Notes: a model not told the origin generated them from the sequence alone. Shown: positions 39,601 through 50,927, counted from the stretch's first letter. The stretch is 64,000 nucleotides of DNA from Eledone cirrhosa (GCA_964016885.1 OZ024757.1:34844001-34908000); one strand, 5' to 3'. Translations and numbers: made by a program.

Positions 39601-41780
39601 AGTTGCAACCAATAGATAGTATCAGCAATGGAAACATTGTTTCCTTGGTCCAATATGATGAGTTCCACCCCATTCTGTATGAGATCCAGTTGCTCTTTCT
39701 GCCAGGAGTTGCAACCAATAGATAGTATCAGCAATGGAAACATTGTTTCCTTGGTCCAATATGATGTGTTCCACCCCATTCTGTATGAGATCCAGTTGCT
39801 CTTTCTGCCAGGAGTTATAACCAGTAGATATATCAGCAATGGAAACATTGTTTCTTTGGTCAGATTTGACAAGTTCCACCCCACTCGGCAAGCAAATGAG
39901 GTGTGGGGGGGTCTTGTGGATTGTTTTTCACTCTTCCATGTTTTATAGAGCCAGAGCTGTTTTTGGCTGGGTTGGTATAAAAAAGGGGTTAAATGTAAAA
40001 TACTGATTATACATGTTCTCAGGAGTGTTGAGGCTTCCATCTCTCTTTCTACTGAATTAATTTGTTTGGTAATTAACTCTTAACTCTGTTATTAGCCAGC
40101 TGTGTGTTTCGTTTATTTAATAGCAGGGAAAAACCCTTGTATAAGCTGTTAAAAGACCCTGCCAAAGGTCACCCAGAATTTATAATAGCAGAAATAAACC
40201 TTCCGAAAATTGTAAGTAAAACAATATTATTTTGTGAATTATGAAGCCAGGGATGATTTCAGTCAGTTGCATATGAAAATGATTAACCCTTTAACATTTA
40301 TATTACTCTATATATGCTATTGTATTTTCACGGTAAAGGCTTTATCTCACATAATATCGAGCTTTTGATATTATTTGTTTTGAGAACACTACCTTAACAT
40401 AAGTATGAATGGCCAGTTACAGCCAGTTTGAACAGAAAGGGGTGAGAAAATTCTGGCCAGATATGGCTGGTTTAAATGCTAAAGGGTTAAACTTTGTTAA
40501 GTGTGTTATGTTCTTGAGAAAAACACTTCATTTCACGTTGCTCCACTATACTCAATGGAGGTGCGTGGCCTTGTAGTAAGGATTTTGGACATGCGATCAT
40601 AATGTTGTGAGTTCGATTCCTGGACGAGGTTGTGTGATGGTGCATAGCCTTGTAGTAAGGGTGATGGACTTAGGATCATAATGTTGTGGGTTTGTTTCCT
40701 GGACTAGGTTGTGTGTTGTGTTCTTCAGCAAAACTTTATTTCATGTTGCTCCAGTATACTTACCTGAAAATGAGTACCAGCAATAGCTGGGGGTTTAACC
40801 CTCTGATGGACTGGCATTCTGTCCAGAGGTGAGTCTTGTTGTCTCAGCTGTTTAATGCCATGGCATTCAGGCTTGAGACAGACTTTAGACTTAAAGTTAG
40901 AAACTGTTCAGGCTGTGAAAAGGACAAAAGCCTTCATGATACAGTCATATGAACATTTTACTGTATGGTAGATCCTATACTAACATTTTTTAGTGACCTC
41001 TAACAACACACAGGAATGCAGTGTACCTATTCTGAACCAGATACACAATTGGAACACTATATAATACAATATTGGTTATATCAAAACTGTATGGTTGATA
41101 TGAAAGGCCAGCCATTGGAAGCAATATACACACTGGGTTTTAGCAGTGTATTAGTTGGAGGTTTGTTTAAAATTGTTGTTAGACATCAATTTATTAATTC
41201 TTTTCCAGAAAATTGCCACATCTCTTATTCTGAACATTGGAGAGGACCGACTGCTTCTAGAAACCCGATCAGACGTCTACCTCTTAGATATATTTTTTCC
41301 ATACAACATCGTACAAGAAAACTGTGGGGCACAATTCAACAGAAAATCAAAGGTAACTACAAACATTATTGGTATCTGTTTGGAATAAATATACTTGGGA
41401 TAGAAATATAAAGCTCTAAACATAGACTCCTGCCTCAAAATGCAATTCTTAATGTTTGCATGGGTTGTCACATTATAAAGGCATACAGGTCAGATGGCTG
41501 TGTATTGTGTATGTACACATGGTTTTTATGGCTGAATGCCCTTCCAAATGCCAATATATATAGTAAAAAGAAATCAAGATTTCACATTGAGGTTTTTATT
41601 AATTAGGTTTAGTTACGAATGTTTAATTCCACCCCACCCGTCCCTTCAATCTATCTAATTTCTCATTCTTTCTTCTGATGAAGGACTAGCATCCGAAACA
41701 TTAAGACCTTCTTCCTGCTATTTCAAGTGTTAACCTAATATATTCCTTCCATATACTGTACCGATTGTGTTATTTCTGTT

Positions 41781-41821
<41 letters not shown>

Positions 41822-42800
41822 GGGGCTTTTAGATAATTCTCTTTTTCTCTGAAGATGTTATTAATAGCTGAAACTTATCATTTAACATGTATCTCTCTCT
41901 CTCTCTTCTTTGCCCACTCATTCCTGAGAGGGTCGTGGGGGTAGAGTCCTCAAATACTCCTTCCAGCAGGTTCTGTCAGAAGCAACTGTCTCCAAATGAT
42001 CCGGCTGGATACCCAAGTGTGACCAGCCAAATTCATGGATGTAATCCAACCATCTTGTTAGGGGTTTGATCCCCGGGTCTCCTGCCGGTTGGTTTTGCCT
42101 GTAAAATCTGTCCAGTGATTCTTTTCTGAGACATTCTAACCACATGCCTATCAGAGCTGTGATCTCTCAATTCGGAGAAGTAACAGCTCTACCTGGAGTG
42201 ACTCCATAATCTTCGAGTTACGCACTATATATATATATATATATATTTTAGGATAAGTCCACCATATCCATGCATGTAATAAGAAGTGACTAAAAGGGTC
42301 AGTATCAAGGATATCCAACTATAAAAAATTGTCTCAAAAAGTTTTTAACCATAAGAAAAAATATTTTCCCAACCATCAAATACATGCATTTTCACAGAAA
42401 GGACATAGGCGTTATGGCATGGATTAAATTGGCAACAGGTTGACAAGCAAGTGCTAGAAATAGCTCACTAACAAGCCTGTCAGTTACAACTTCAGACCTG
42501 CCATCCTCTAAAAGCCCAAACGAGGAATACTGTGAAAAAAAGTGCCCCCAAAACGAGGGGAAATGAGGCAAAATGGGGAGATTTTACATAATGAAAGCTA
42601 TACCCATTTTCACAAGAGAAGACATCTCTCACCCACCCCAAAATGGGTGGGAGATGTCCCAGTTAGATAGGGAGAGTTGACAGGTCTGCAATTCAACCAA
42701 AAAAAGGAGTATATATTTATATAACATTTTGTTTAAATTTCTGTTCTAGCTGTTAACAGTGACTATGCCAGTGCTACCACAAAGTGATTTAACATCCTGA
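27336..42800 (+). CDS. PIH1D1: PIH1 domain-containing protein 1 (R2TP co-chaperone subunit), 10 exons, about 315 aa
   Basis: Exons 27336-27407, 29139-29208, 33031-33098, 34773-34890, 36871-37014, 38352-38448, 39102-39200, 40127-40211, 41209-41352, 42750-42800. GT-AG introns, phases join (948 nt). Motifs GFCIK..KVFINICQS, YRIPMSLGEPH.ELD, VYDIVINP, LEGLEEKY, WVILKNKKFMG and a CS domain LNIGEDRL...AQFNRKSK|LLTVTMP. AATAAA at about 42932. Confidence 0.93.
27920..28485. repeat. 49-bp minisatellite expanded inside a LINE/SINE 3' tail
   Basis: gacaccaacactaccactttacagtgtggactgggcgcctttttgtcgt, about 11 copies; related arrays at 53900-54500 and 38630-38830. Confidence 0.9.
29139..29208 (+). CDS. 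PIH1D1: PIH1D1 exon 2
   Basis: CAG acceptor, GTAAGT donor; ends EVTPRA-G before GFCIK. Confidence 0.8.
30034..30966 (-). mobile_element. Non-autonomous Helitron-like element
   Basis: Minus strand begins TCTATATATAAAA followed by (CTGT)n and ends in a CCCGAGC..GCCGGG hairpin plus CTAGT; internal 37-bp tandem repeat at 30341-30505. Confidence 0.75.
32213..32274 (-). ncRNA. Type I hammerhead ribozyme motif, same family
   Basis: CTGATGA-tagt-gtaccaa..ttggtac-cctt-GAAA-tatata-TA-atagaata; core intact, first stem II pair mismatched. Confidence 0.65.
33031..33098 (+). CDS. PIH1D1: PIH1D1 exon 3 (GFCIKLKDEEDKKVFINICQSDN)
   Basis: polyT-CCAG acceptor, PIH-N signature. Confidence 0.93.
34773..34890 (+). 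CDS. PIH1D1: PIH1D1 exon 4 (..YRIPMSLGEPHPELDK)
   Basis: TAG acceptor, GTAAC donor. Confidence 0.93.
34921..35110 (+). mobile_element. tRNA-derived SINE family B
   Basis: ggcggtgaattggcagtatcggtagag..gagttcaaatcccgcc..ctttgcctttcatcctt..gataaaataaagtaccag; copies at 1-260, 11105-11305, 14232-14430, 21060-21230, 45725-45913, 47355-47750, 50165-50380, 51712-51902, 52060-52200. Confidence 0.85.
36404..36468 (+). ncRNA. Degenerate hammerhead motif (U16.1 to G)
   Basis: CTGATGA-aaacgtac..gtaccttt-GAAA-tatgta-GA-ataaaatat. Confidence 0.55.
36871..37014 (+). CDS. PIH1D1: PIH1D1 exon 5
   Basis: TAG acceptor, GTAAGT donor; VYDIVINP. Confidence 0.93.
37110..37955. repeat. 30-bp minisatellite
   Basis: tatattggtatattttagaactagtaaagg, about 28 copies. 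Confidence 0.95.
38352..38448 (+). CDS. PIH1D1: PIH1D1 exon 6
   Basis: CAG acceptor, GTAAGT donor; WVILKNKKFMG. Confidence 0.92.
39102..39200 (+). CDS. PIH1D1: PIH1D1 exon 7 (linker, PLIQEI)
   Basis: CAG acceptor, GTACGT donor, phase 2 to 2. Confidence 0.8.
39586..39885. repeat. 106-bp tandem repeat (about 3 copies) at a SINE tail
   Basis: gctctttctgccaggagtt at 39586, 39692, 39798; related sequence at 36730-36830 and 37990-38330. Confidence 0.8.
40127..40211 (+). CDS. PIH1D1: PIH1D1 exon 8 (..PEFIIAEINLPKI)
   Basis: TAGCAG acceptor, GTAAGT donor. Confidence 0.88.
41209..41352 (+). CDS. PIH1D1: PIH1D1 exon 9 (CS domain)
   Basis: CAG acceptor, GTAAC donor; LNIGEDRL, AQFNRK. Confidence 0.92.
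41671..41706 (+). ncRNA. Minimal Penelope-type hammerhead motif, second family, decayed
   Basis: tctt-CTGATGA-a-gga ctagca tcc-GAAAC-ATT-aaga; a sister copy at 47090-47125 on the minus strand has AAAAC-GTT, so the consensus is GAAACGTT. Confidence 0.5.
42750..42800 (+). CDS. PIH1D1: PIH1D1 last exon (LLTVTMPVLPQSDLTS*)
   Basis: TAG acceptor, TGA stop, final strand of the CS domain. Confidence 0.88.
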   Translation: MLTVTMPVLPQSDLTS

Positions 42801-45211
42801 GAATTGCTGTGAAACATTACCATATTCTACAATATATTCTTCATGTAAGCTTGTTCATATTGAATTAACTTTTGGAGACTTTTCAATGAGTAATGAATAT
42901 CTGGACATTGAACAAAACCAATTTGAGACAGAATAAAGCAAGGGACATGAGGTGGTAGATTTAATCTGGCTTAACACCACTACCTTGTCCTTGGGTGTCT
43001 TTAACAACAGGGATGGGGCAACGATTAACCCTTTAGCATTAACATTACTCGATATTTACTATTGTATTATCATAGTAAAGGCTTTCCCTCACAAAATATC
43101 AAATCTTGGAGATTTTGATATTATTTTGAGAACAATACTTTAACATCAGTATGAGTGACTGGTTACAGCCAGTTTGAACAGAAAGAGTTGAGAGAATTCT
43201 GTCTGGATATGGCCGGTTTAAATGCTAAAGGGTTAAGCTTGCATGGACTGAATAAATAAAATAAAGTACGTCGAACACTGGTGGGGTCAATGTAATCGAC
43301 TTCTTTCCCCCTTCAAACAAATTGCAGGTTTTGTGCCAAGTTTAGAAATCATTATTGTAAACCCCAACAGCCACTCCAATTAAAGGGCCAGCTGGCATAG
43401 TGACAGACCCCGTAGTCAATAACTGTGTAGTTCAAGTCCTGCCAATTATTCTCTCTCACATTGTTTAGAACTGTCCAATAAATATGATTTACTTTAAAAT
43501 ATTAACAGCTGCTTCCTGTCTTTTTTCTTCCTGATTTGATTTGTTTTGTTTTTTCAATTTACAATTACACCCTGTAAATATGAAACTGTTGTTCACAACA
43601 TCAATATATATGTATCTATATTATTGTTCAGTTGAATAGGAGGTTAATTATATGTACAAACATTGATAATGCTCTGATGACCCAAAACGAAAGTTTGGAA
43701 GAATCAATTGTCAGCAATTAAATGATTTGAACATAGCTTTGATAATTGTGTAATTTATATTCCTGCTCTGTAAAACATCTGATGTTCTTACATTGAGCTA
43801 TTTCTCTTACTGGTAATAAGGTAGTAATAAATTACTGACCTTTCCTGTTTATAGTATATACATAACTATAAATAGTATCATTATTATTATTATTATATAG
43901 CGAGATATGAAATCAAGGGCCAAAGATACTAGATCAAATATGACAAGACCTTCTATTTGATGTTCTAATGACTCAACCACATTGCTGCCTCTAATTTACA
44001 CAAGAATACAACAGAAATAAGATGGACAATATAACATATTTTTAATGAATAACAGGCCACTGGATCAGTCTTAATAAATCATTCCTCTCTACTGTGGTAT
44101 TGAGTACTTATGATTGGCCAATTGAGTATTGGTGAGGCTATTTAACCCATAGTTGGGGTGGATGGCCGTTGGCTCTCAGGAGTTCATCTGTCCTTTTAAC
44201 AGCTCTTATTTTTTGTGCTGCTGGGGTTCCTTACCAGAACAGGGTCTGATAGGGGAGCCAGTACAACCTGCTTCATGGTTGAGAGGACTAAATCAGTTCC
44301 CCTACCAGACCCTGGTCTGGTGAGGATAAGAGGAACCCCAGCAGCACGAAATACAAGAGCTGTTAACAGAGCAGATGAATTCCTCACAGTCAGCCATCCA
44401 CACCAACCCACAATTAGCCAAACGTAGTGAGTACAGCTACACCCCTGAAGACACAACCAAAACCAAACAGAAAATGGTGGCAGTCAATCAGAGAGGAGGG
44501 GTTCCTCCAACAGGAGAGACAAGCCCCTGGATTGGAATGGTATATACATCACCATCAACAGTTTTACTTGTTTTCCATGCTAGCATTGATTGGACAGGTA
44601 ATCATGTCATGTGACCAGATACTGCTCATCCACTCCTTTTTGGTAGGATTTTTACAACTGGATGCTCTTCCTAATGGCAACAACTTTACAGAGTGGACTG
44701 TGTACGTTTTATGATGGCAACAACACTACCACCTTACACTGTGGACTGTGTACATATATGAGTCTTGTTATGAATGTTTTAAGCAGTGGTAGACAATATC
44801 ATCATCATCATCGTTTTACGTCCATTTTCCACACTAACATGGATTAGACAAGTTGCCCTGTTGTGGGCATCTCTTGCTCATACAGAACTGATTTTGGCTT
44901 GGTTTCTACAGCTGGATGCCCTTAATGTATTTAATTTAGAAATACAAGGTAGATGTGGTCTTTTTAAGCTGTAGTGAAGGCAACCCACTTAGGAGTGTAG
45001 TCACTCTGAATAAAACCTAATACAGTGTGGAGAGGACTCTTAAGTCCAGTCAGACAACCTCTCTAGTGTTGGTGGCATAAGTAAGGCACCCAATCCATGC
45101 TGTAAAGTGGTTGGTGACAGGAAGGGCATCCATCCAGCCAGAAAACTTAGTCAAAAACCATGACTAGAACAACATTTAATGGTCAGAAATGGGGGCCAGA
45201 ACTTGTGAAAG

Positions 45212-45369
45212 TTAGAGAAGATTTTCAATAGCTTTGATCTCTTTGTCAGAAAGGGGTTTCAGATCAAACCCCTTAAGGGAATCCTGGTGTTCCAAATCAC
45301 GTAACTGATTCACCTCATTCTTCAATGTTTTCCGAAGGGAGTTGATTTCTACATCTAATTTATCATAAT
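45212..45369 (-). CDS. PDRG1: PDRG1 last exon
   Basis: CAG acceptor; LKGFDLKPL; TAA stop. Confidence 0.92.
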
Positions 45370-46794
45370 CTGAAATAGAGAGAAAAGAAAAGACAAATAA
45401 GATATTACAAAACATTTAATAATAACCTCTATAGGGAAGTTGTATGGCCTGGTGGTTAGGGTGTTGGACTTATAATTATGAGGTTGTGGGTTTGATTTCT
45501 GCTCAGGATGGCATAAGCTAAATCTACATAGGTGAGCTATAACATGATAGGGGAGGGACTTCAATTGGTAAACACCCAAGAAACATCCTATGAAGTCAGC
45601 TAAACATGCATATGTGTGAGCTGTATCAACAATATAAGACTAGGGTCCCTATCATTAAAACACTCAGGAAACCTGAGATACCATCTGGTATGAGGCCAGC
45701 TAAATTTGTATGTGTGAGCTGTAATAACTGTTTCTACTTTTGGTACAAGGCCAGCAATTACCCAGTGTATTACTGGTACTCTATTTTATCGACCCAGTAA
45801 GGATGAAAGGCAAAGTGAACCTCGGCGGGATTTGAACCCAGACCGTAAAGGGACGTAACTATGCTGGAAGCATGGCATCCGACTCTCTACCGATACTGCC
45901 AATTCACCGCCCTTGTGTGAGCTGTAATAACAGCAACATGATAGGACTGGGACCTCTATCATTAAAACGCCCAAGAAACCTCTTAAGAGATGCAACTTTG
46001 TAGGAGGCCAAATAGACACACATTGGTGTGAGTAATAACAATATGATATGACTGAAACACTTTACTATGGCACCATCACTGCAGCTTGCAACTTTACAGG
46101 GAGAACTGGGTGTGATTTATCACTACTACTTTACAAACAACTACTTTACACCAACACTACTACTTTACAAAGGGTACTTATTTAATGTGATGCAGCCATT
46201 GTATTGTTTTGTAATTTTCACAATTTTCATGTGGTTTAATGCAGAACAGAAAGTAAAACACCCAAGAAACCTTCTGTGATGCAACTTCATAGGTGTTAGC
46301 TGTAACAACGACAACAAAGGGCAGTGAGTATAAAAAGAATTAAACCGAAATAATATCAACTCACCTTTTTCTAAAATTGATTTGGTAGAATTTTCTGGCA
46401 TTTTGAAGAACATGTTGCTCATACAGACCCATCGTTTCTTGTCACCATGGGACTTTGATAAAACCCTTTGAGAAGGAACAAAAATGGAAAACAATATTTA
46501 AACCTGCAACCAATCTATAAATTTGAGCGACTTCCGTCTGTCACACAATGTGTGTGTGTGTTTATGTGAATGTATGTGTGTGTAAAGGAAGGAAAGGGAT
46601 GATGAACTATAGCAAAACAGCGGCTGGCGTTACATTTGCTACGCTGTTTGTGTGAATGTATATCTATGTATTTTTGTAAGTGTGTCTGCAGGTTTATATT
46701 TATATACTCATACATACAAATGTATGCACATACACACGTATACACATATGTCAGCGAGTTGAAAAAAATTCTAGTTATTTAAAATACACAAACT

Positions 46795-46835
<41 letters not shown>

Positions 46836-47200
46836 CATGCATATATACATACAAAGGCCCACACATATACAGATAGAAACACATATACACAAACATAGAG
46901 GCACATACAGACATGCAAATAGATATATACACACAGAAGCATTCAAATATACACATAGACACACACATTCAAACACAGACATGCATTACATACACATATA
47001 TATATGTAAAAGGCAAACAGAAATAACAACACAATCGGTACATATAAGAAAAATATATTAAGTTAACGCTTGAAATAGCAGGAAGAGGATCTTAACGTTT
47101 TGGACGCTAGTCTTTCATCAGAAGAAAGAATGAGAAATTAAAAAGATTGAAGGGACGGGTGGGGCAGAATCGGAAAAAATGTTTTTAGAGAAAAATAACA

Positions 47201-47240
<40 letters not shown>

Positions 47241-49063
47241 GACATTCATAAAAACACATACAATAACAGCAAGATAAGCATTTTAAAGCCATTTTCTCAA
47301 CTAAAGCAATGACTAATCTTACAGGATTCATATAATCCTAAAGTAATAGTAATAATTGTTTCTACTTTTGGCACAAGGCCAGCGATTATCCCAGTGTATT
47401 ACTGGTACTTTATTTTATCGACCCCCGTAAGGATTTGAACTTTGAACATAAAGGGCCGTAACTCTATGCTGCAAAGAATCGTGTCTGACGCTCTACCGAT
47501 ACTGCTAATCCATTGCCCTTAATAGTAATAATGGTTTCTGATTTAGGCACAAAACCAAACATTTGGCGGGAGGAGGGAAAGTCAATTAAATTAACCCCAG
47601 TGCATTACTGGTACTTTATTTTATCAACTCAGTAAGGATGAAAAGCGAAGCTAATCTCGGTGAGATTTGAACTCAGACTATAAAGTGACATAACTCTATG
47701 CTGCAAAGCATGTTGTCCGACGCTCTACCAACACTGCCAATCCACCCCCCCTATAATAAATCTATATGTGTGCCTGCGTGTGTTTCATCATCATCATTAT
47801 CGTTTAAAGTCTATCTTCCACGCTAGCATAAGTTAGATGGGAATTGTCCCACTTGAGGCAAGATGGATTGGGTGACCGTGTCTCGTATAGGACTGTTTAT
47901 ATTCTGTAAATTAGCAATTTCACAAGAAAAAGAAAAAAAAAGATAAAATAATTGCCAGGCAAGAAAAAATAAGTATAGAGTCGATGTGATCAAAAATATT
48001 TGGTGACTCAACATGTTCACAATCCTATGACAGAAACCAGTAAAAACAGAAAAAAAGGGGGTTTTACCTGATTGCTTCTCTGACTTGCTGTCGTTTCCTG
48101 TCCAAGTCAATAATCTGTTGCTTATTGGCAAGGATTTGTTCAGCTACCTCTTCTATCTCGCACAATCCACGCTCGATCTTGTCAGTGGCCATCATCAGAG
48201 ATCTGCAAGGCACCAACAGGAAAGAAACTGCAATGACAAATGTTCCAATTAATAATTTAACTCTTTCATTGCCATATTTCTACTGAAACACACTGCCTAT
48301 GTTTTTTAAATATGATTTGAAAATAAGAATTTAAAGGGATTAGTACAACAAATTTTCTTATTAAGCTCATGTTTCGAATACAGTAAAAGTCCATACATGA
48401 AATTATGATGGAAGGGTTTTAGATTAATATAAACATATTAACCTTTTCATGACCATATTTTTAATGGAAAACACTACTTGAAGTTCTTCAATATATTTTG
48501 AATATAATTAAGAGTTTGGAAGGATTTAGAAATATAACAAACTTTCTCATTATTGAGGTGGTCTTTTGAACATAACTTAATAAAGGTTCTTACATAAATT
48601 TCTTTTTTAGATAAATATTAACACTTTAAAACAGTTTCCTATTGTTAGAATCAAGTGATATTTTAGGTGGCTTGGTTAACAAAAGGGGTTAAACTTCCCT
48701 CGGGGAAAAAAACTAGTAAAAATAAAGCCTTTTGTTTAGAGAAACAACACGAAACCTGATCCAGGAGTCGAACTCCGGACAATTCGATCGTGGCAAATAA
48801 TTTGAAGAGCTCCCCTCAAATACTTATGGCTGTTAACTTTAAAATACCAAAATTTCGAGTTCTGTAAAGATCTCTTCATTGTTTAAATTCTTAATTTTTA
48901 ACGGTTCAATGTCAATTGAAATCTCATATAAATTCAACATTCTCAAAATTCAATATTTGTCATTTATTTTCATGCCTGGTAGCTGGTTTAGACACGCGAG
49001 TAATAATGTATATATACGGTACTTTGAAAACAATGTGGTTTTATGTCGCTCCCTTCTCGCTGA

Positions 49064-49160
<97 letters not shown>

Positions 49161-49916
49161 GAAGGAAATGTGGTAAGGAACCAGATGGACCATAACGCAC
49201 CAAAGTACTCAATACTTAAAGTAGTAGAGTGGGTAATAGGAACAAGTATGACTCCGACGGCAGAGCTCAAGCCGTTTCGACGGCTAATTCTGGACTCTCT
49301 CTCTCTCTCTATATATATATATAGATATGGTTATGAATCTTGGATAATGACCGAAAGAATAGGATAGCGGCTGAAATGGGGCTCCCCCGAAGGATTTTCG
49401 GAGTAACGTTACTCGATAGAGTGTGTAGCTCGGGGATAAGAGTCACTCCAGGTAGAGCCACTATAATAATAATAATAATTGTTTCTACTTTTGGCACAAG
49501 GCCAGCAATTATCCAGTACATTACTGGTACTTTATTTTATCGACCCCGTAAGGATGAAAGACATAGTTAACCTCGGCGGGATTTGAACTCAAATCCCGTC
49601 GAATAATAATACAATATAATATAAATTACTTATGAAATCTAATCTTTCTTTTCATTTTGTTATATATACATACATATATTATTTAGAAAGAGATCTGTTC
49701 TATACATAGAGCACTCTTTTTTTTCCTTCGGAATTATCTAACACACATATCTATATAAACAAACCTTTTCTAACAGTGGGTGGCATGAGACACGGCTCAC
49801 ATTAACGCCGGCCGGACTACTTCAAAACAATTCAAAGTAATGTTTCGTTAGACATACCAAACGGGGTCACAGTTTTCTCACGACTGATTTAAAATTTCAA
49901 AATAATCCACCATCAT
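45212..49916 (-). CDS. PDRG1: p53 and DNA damage-regulated protein 1 (prefoldin-like PAQosome subunit)
   Basis: Exons 49916-49882 (tentative), 48202-48068, 46465-46365, 45369-45212. Protein EIEEVAEQILANKQQIIDLDRKRQQVREAIR..WVCMSNMFFKMP..ILEKDYDKLDVEINSLRKTLK..LKGFDLKPLSDKE matches the PDRG1 pattern. The start may instead be the ATG at 48195 (128 aa). Confidence 0.9.
46365..46465 (-). CDS. PDRG1: PDRG1 exon 3
   Basis: AAG acceptor, GTGAGT donor; WVCMSNMFFKMP. Confidence 0.9.
48068..48202 (-). CDS. PDRG1: PDRG1 exon 2 (contains ATGATG at 48195)
   Basis: GCAG acceptor, GTAAAA donor. Confidence 0.9.
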
Positions 49917-50462
49917 TTCTCGTTCGACGCCTGCAATTGTTTGTGACACGAGGTATTATGGAGTATTATGGAGTTATGTCCCCATTGTGAAGGAACTTTC
50001 TCATGGCGGAGTGAAAGTTAGTCACACCACATTTGTTGGTCAATTACGTTTCCTAGCAATAATTAATTGATATTTATTTGATTTTATATATTTGTTATAT
50101 GACAATAACATTTATTTTAAGTATCCCCCACCTTCCAAATGTTTCTAATCACGACCACAGCTGTTTTACTGGTATTGGCAGAATCAGTAGAGCATCGGGA
50201 AAATGCTTCGTAGCAATTAATTACGACCTTTTACGCCCTGAGTTCGATACCCGCCAAGGTTAGCTTTGCTATTCATCCTAACAAGGTCGATAAAATAAAG
50301 TATCTGTAACGCACGGGAGTTGATTTAATCGACTTTCCTCTCCTCCCCCTCAAAATTGTTGGCCTTGTACCTAAATCAGAATTCCCTAGTGTTTTATGTT
50401 TTTTTTTTTTTTTATATATCAATGATATTAATAAATGGAAACTATATTTATAAAACCATATT

Positions 50463-50527
50463 TATTTTATTATATATATTTCAAGGGTAACCAAGACAAC
50501 ATTGGTACGCTTTCATCAGATAAAATA
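50463..50527 (-). ncRNA. Type I hammerhead ribozyme motif (intact core)
   Basis: tattttat-CTGATGA-[aagcgtaccaa..ttggttaccctt]-GAAA-tatata-TA-ataaaata: 8-bp stem I, stem II, palindromic stem III, AUA cleavage triplet. Confidence 0.75.
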
Positions 50528-50560
50528 CAAAGTTTGTTTTATAAATAGAGACAAACTTTG

Positions 50561-50625
50561 TATTTTATCTGATGAAAGCGTATCAATACTGTCTTGGTTA
50601 CCTTTGAAATATATATAATAAAATA
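50561..50625 (+). ncRNA. Type I hammerhead ribozyme motif (intact core), inverted partner of the previous copy
   Basis: tattttat-CTGATGA-aagcgtatcaa..ttggttaccttt-GAAA-tatata-TA-ataaaata. Confidence 0.72.
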
Positions 50626-50913
50626 AATATGGTTTTATAAATATAGTTTCCATTTATTTAATATCATTGAATATTTACTCCAGTAAATTGTTGAGTGCTC
50701 TAAATCAGTTATAAACATTTATGTTTGTCGGACTTCCAACAAATTAAATACCACTTTTACTTATATATATATATACTCATATATATAGCAAAGGATTTCT
50801 GCTTCCACCCTAATCTGAGACTACACACACACACACTCTCTCTGTCTCTCTCTCTCTCTATATATATATATACTCTAATACGTAGATATTACGATGTCGG
50901 ACTGTTAAGTATC

Positions 50914-50927
50914 GTTGCCATAGCTAC
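50914..50927. promoter_or_regulatory. RFX X-box-like motif upstream of the TEX47-like gene
   Basis: GTTGCCATAGCTAC, 1-2 mismatches to GTTGCCATRGCAAC, about 70 bp before the ATG; a second X-box-like GTTTCCTAGCAAT at 50048-50060. Confidence 0.5.

Noticed and set aside
43674-43695. CTGATGA-cccaaaac-GAAA hammerhead-like string
   Set aside because: Stem II cannot pair and there is no stem I or III support
44060-44545. GC-richer unique-looking segment between PIH1D1 and PDRG1 as a possible small gene
   Set aside because: No recognisable protein or splice pattern; more likely a retroelement 5' region, which I cannot assign by eye
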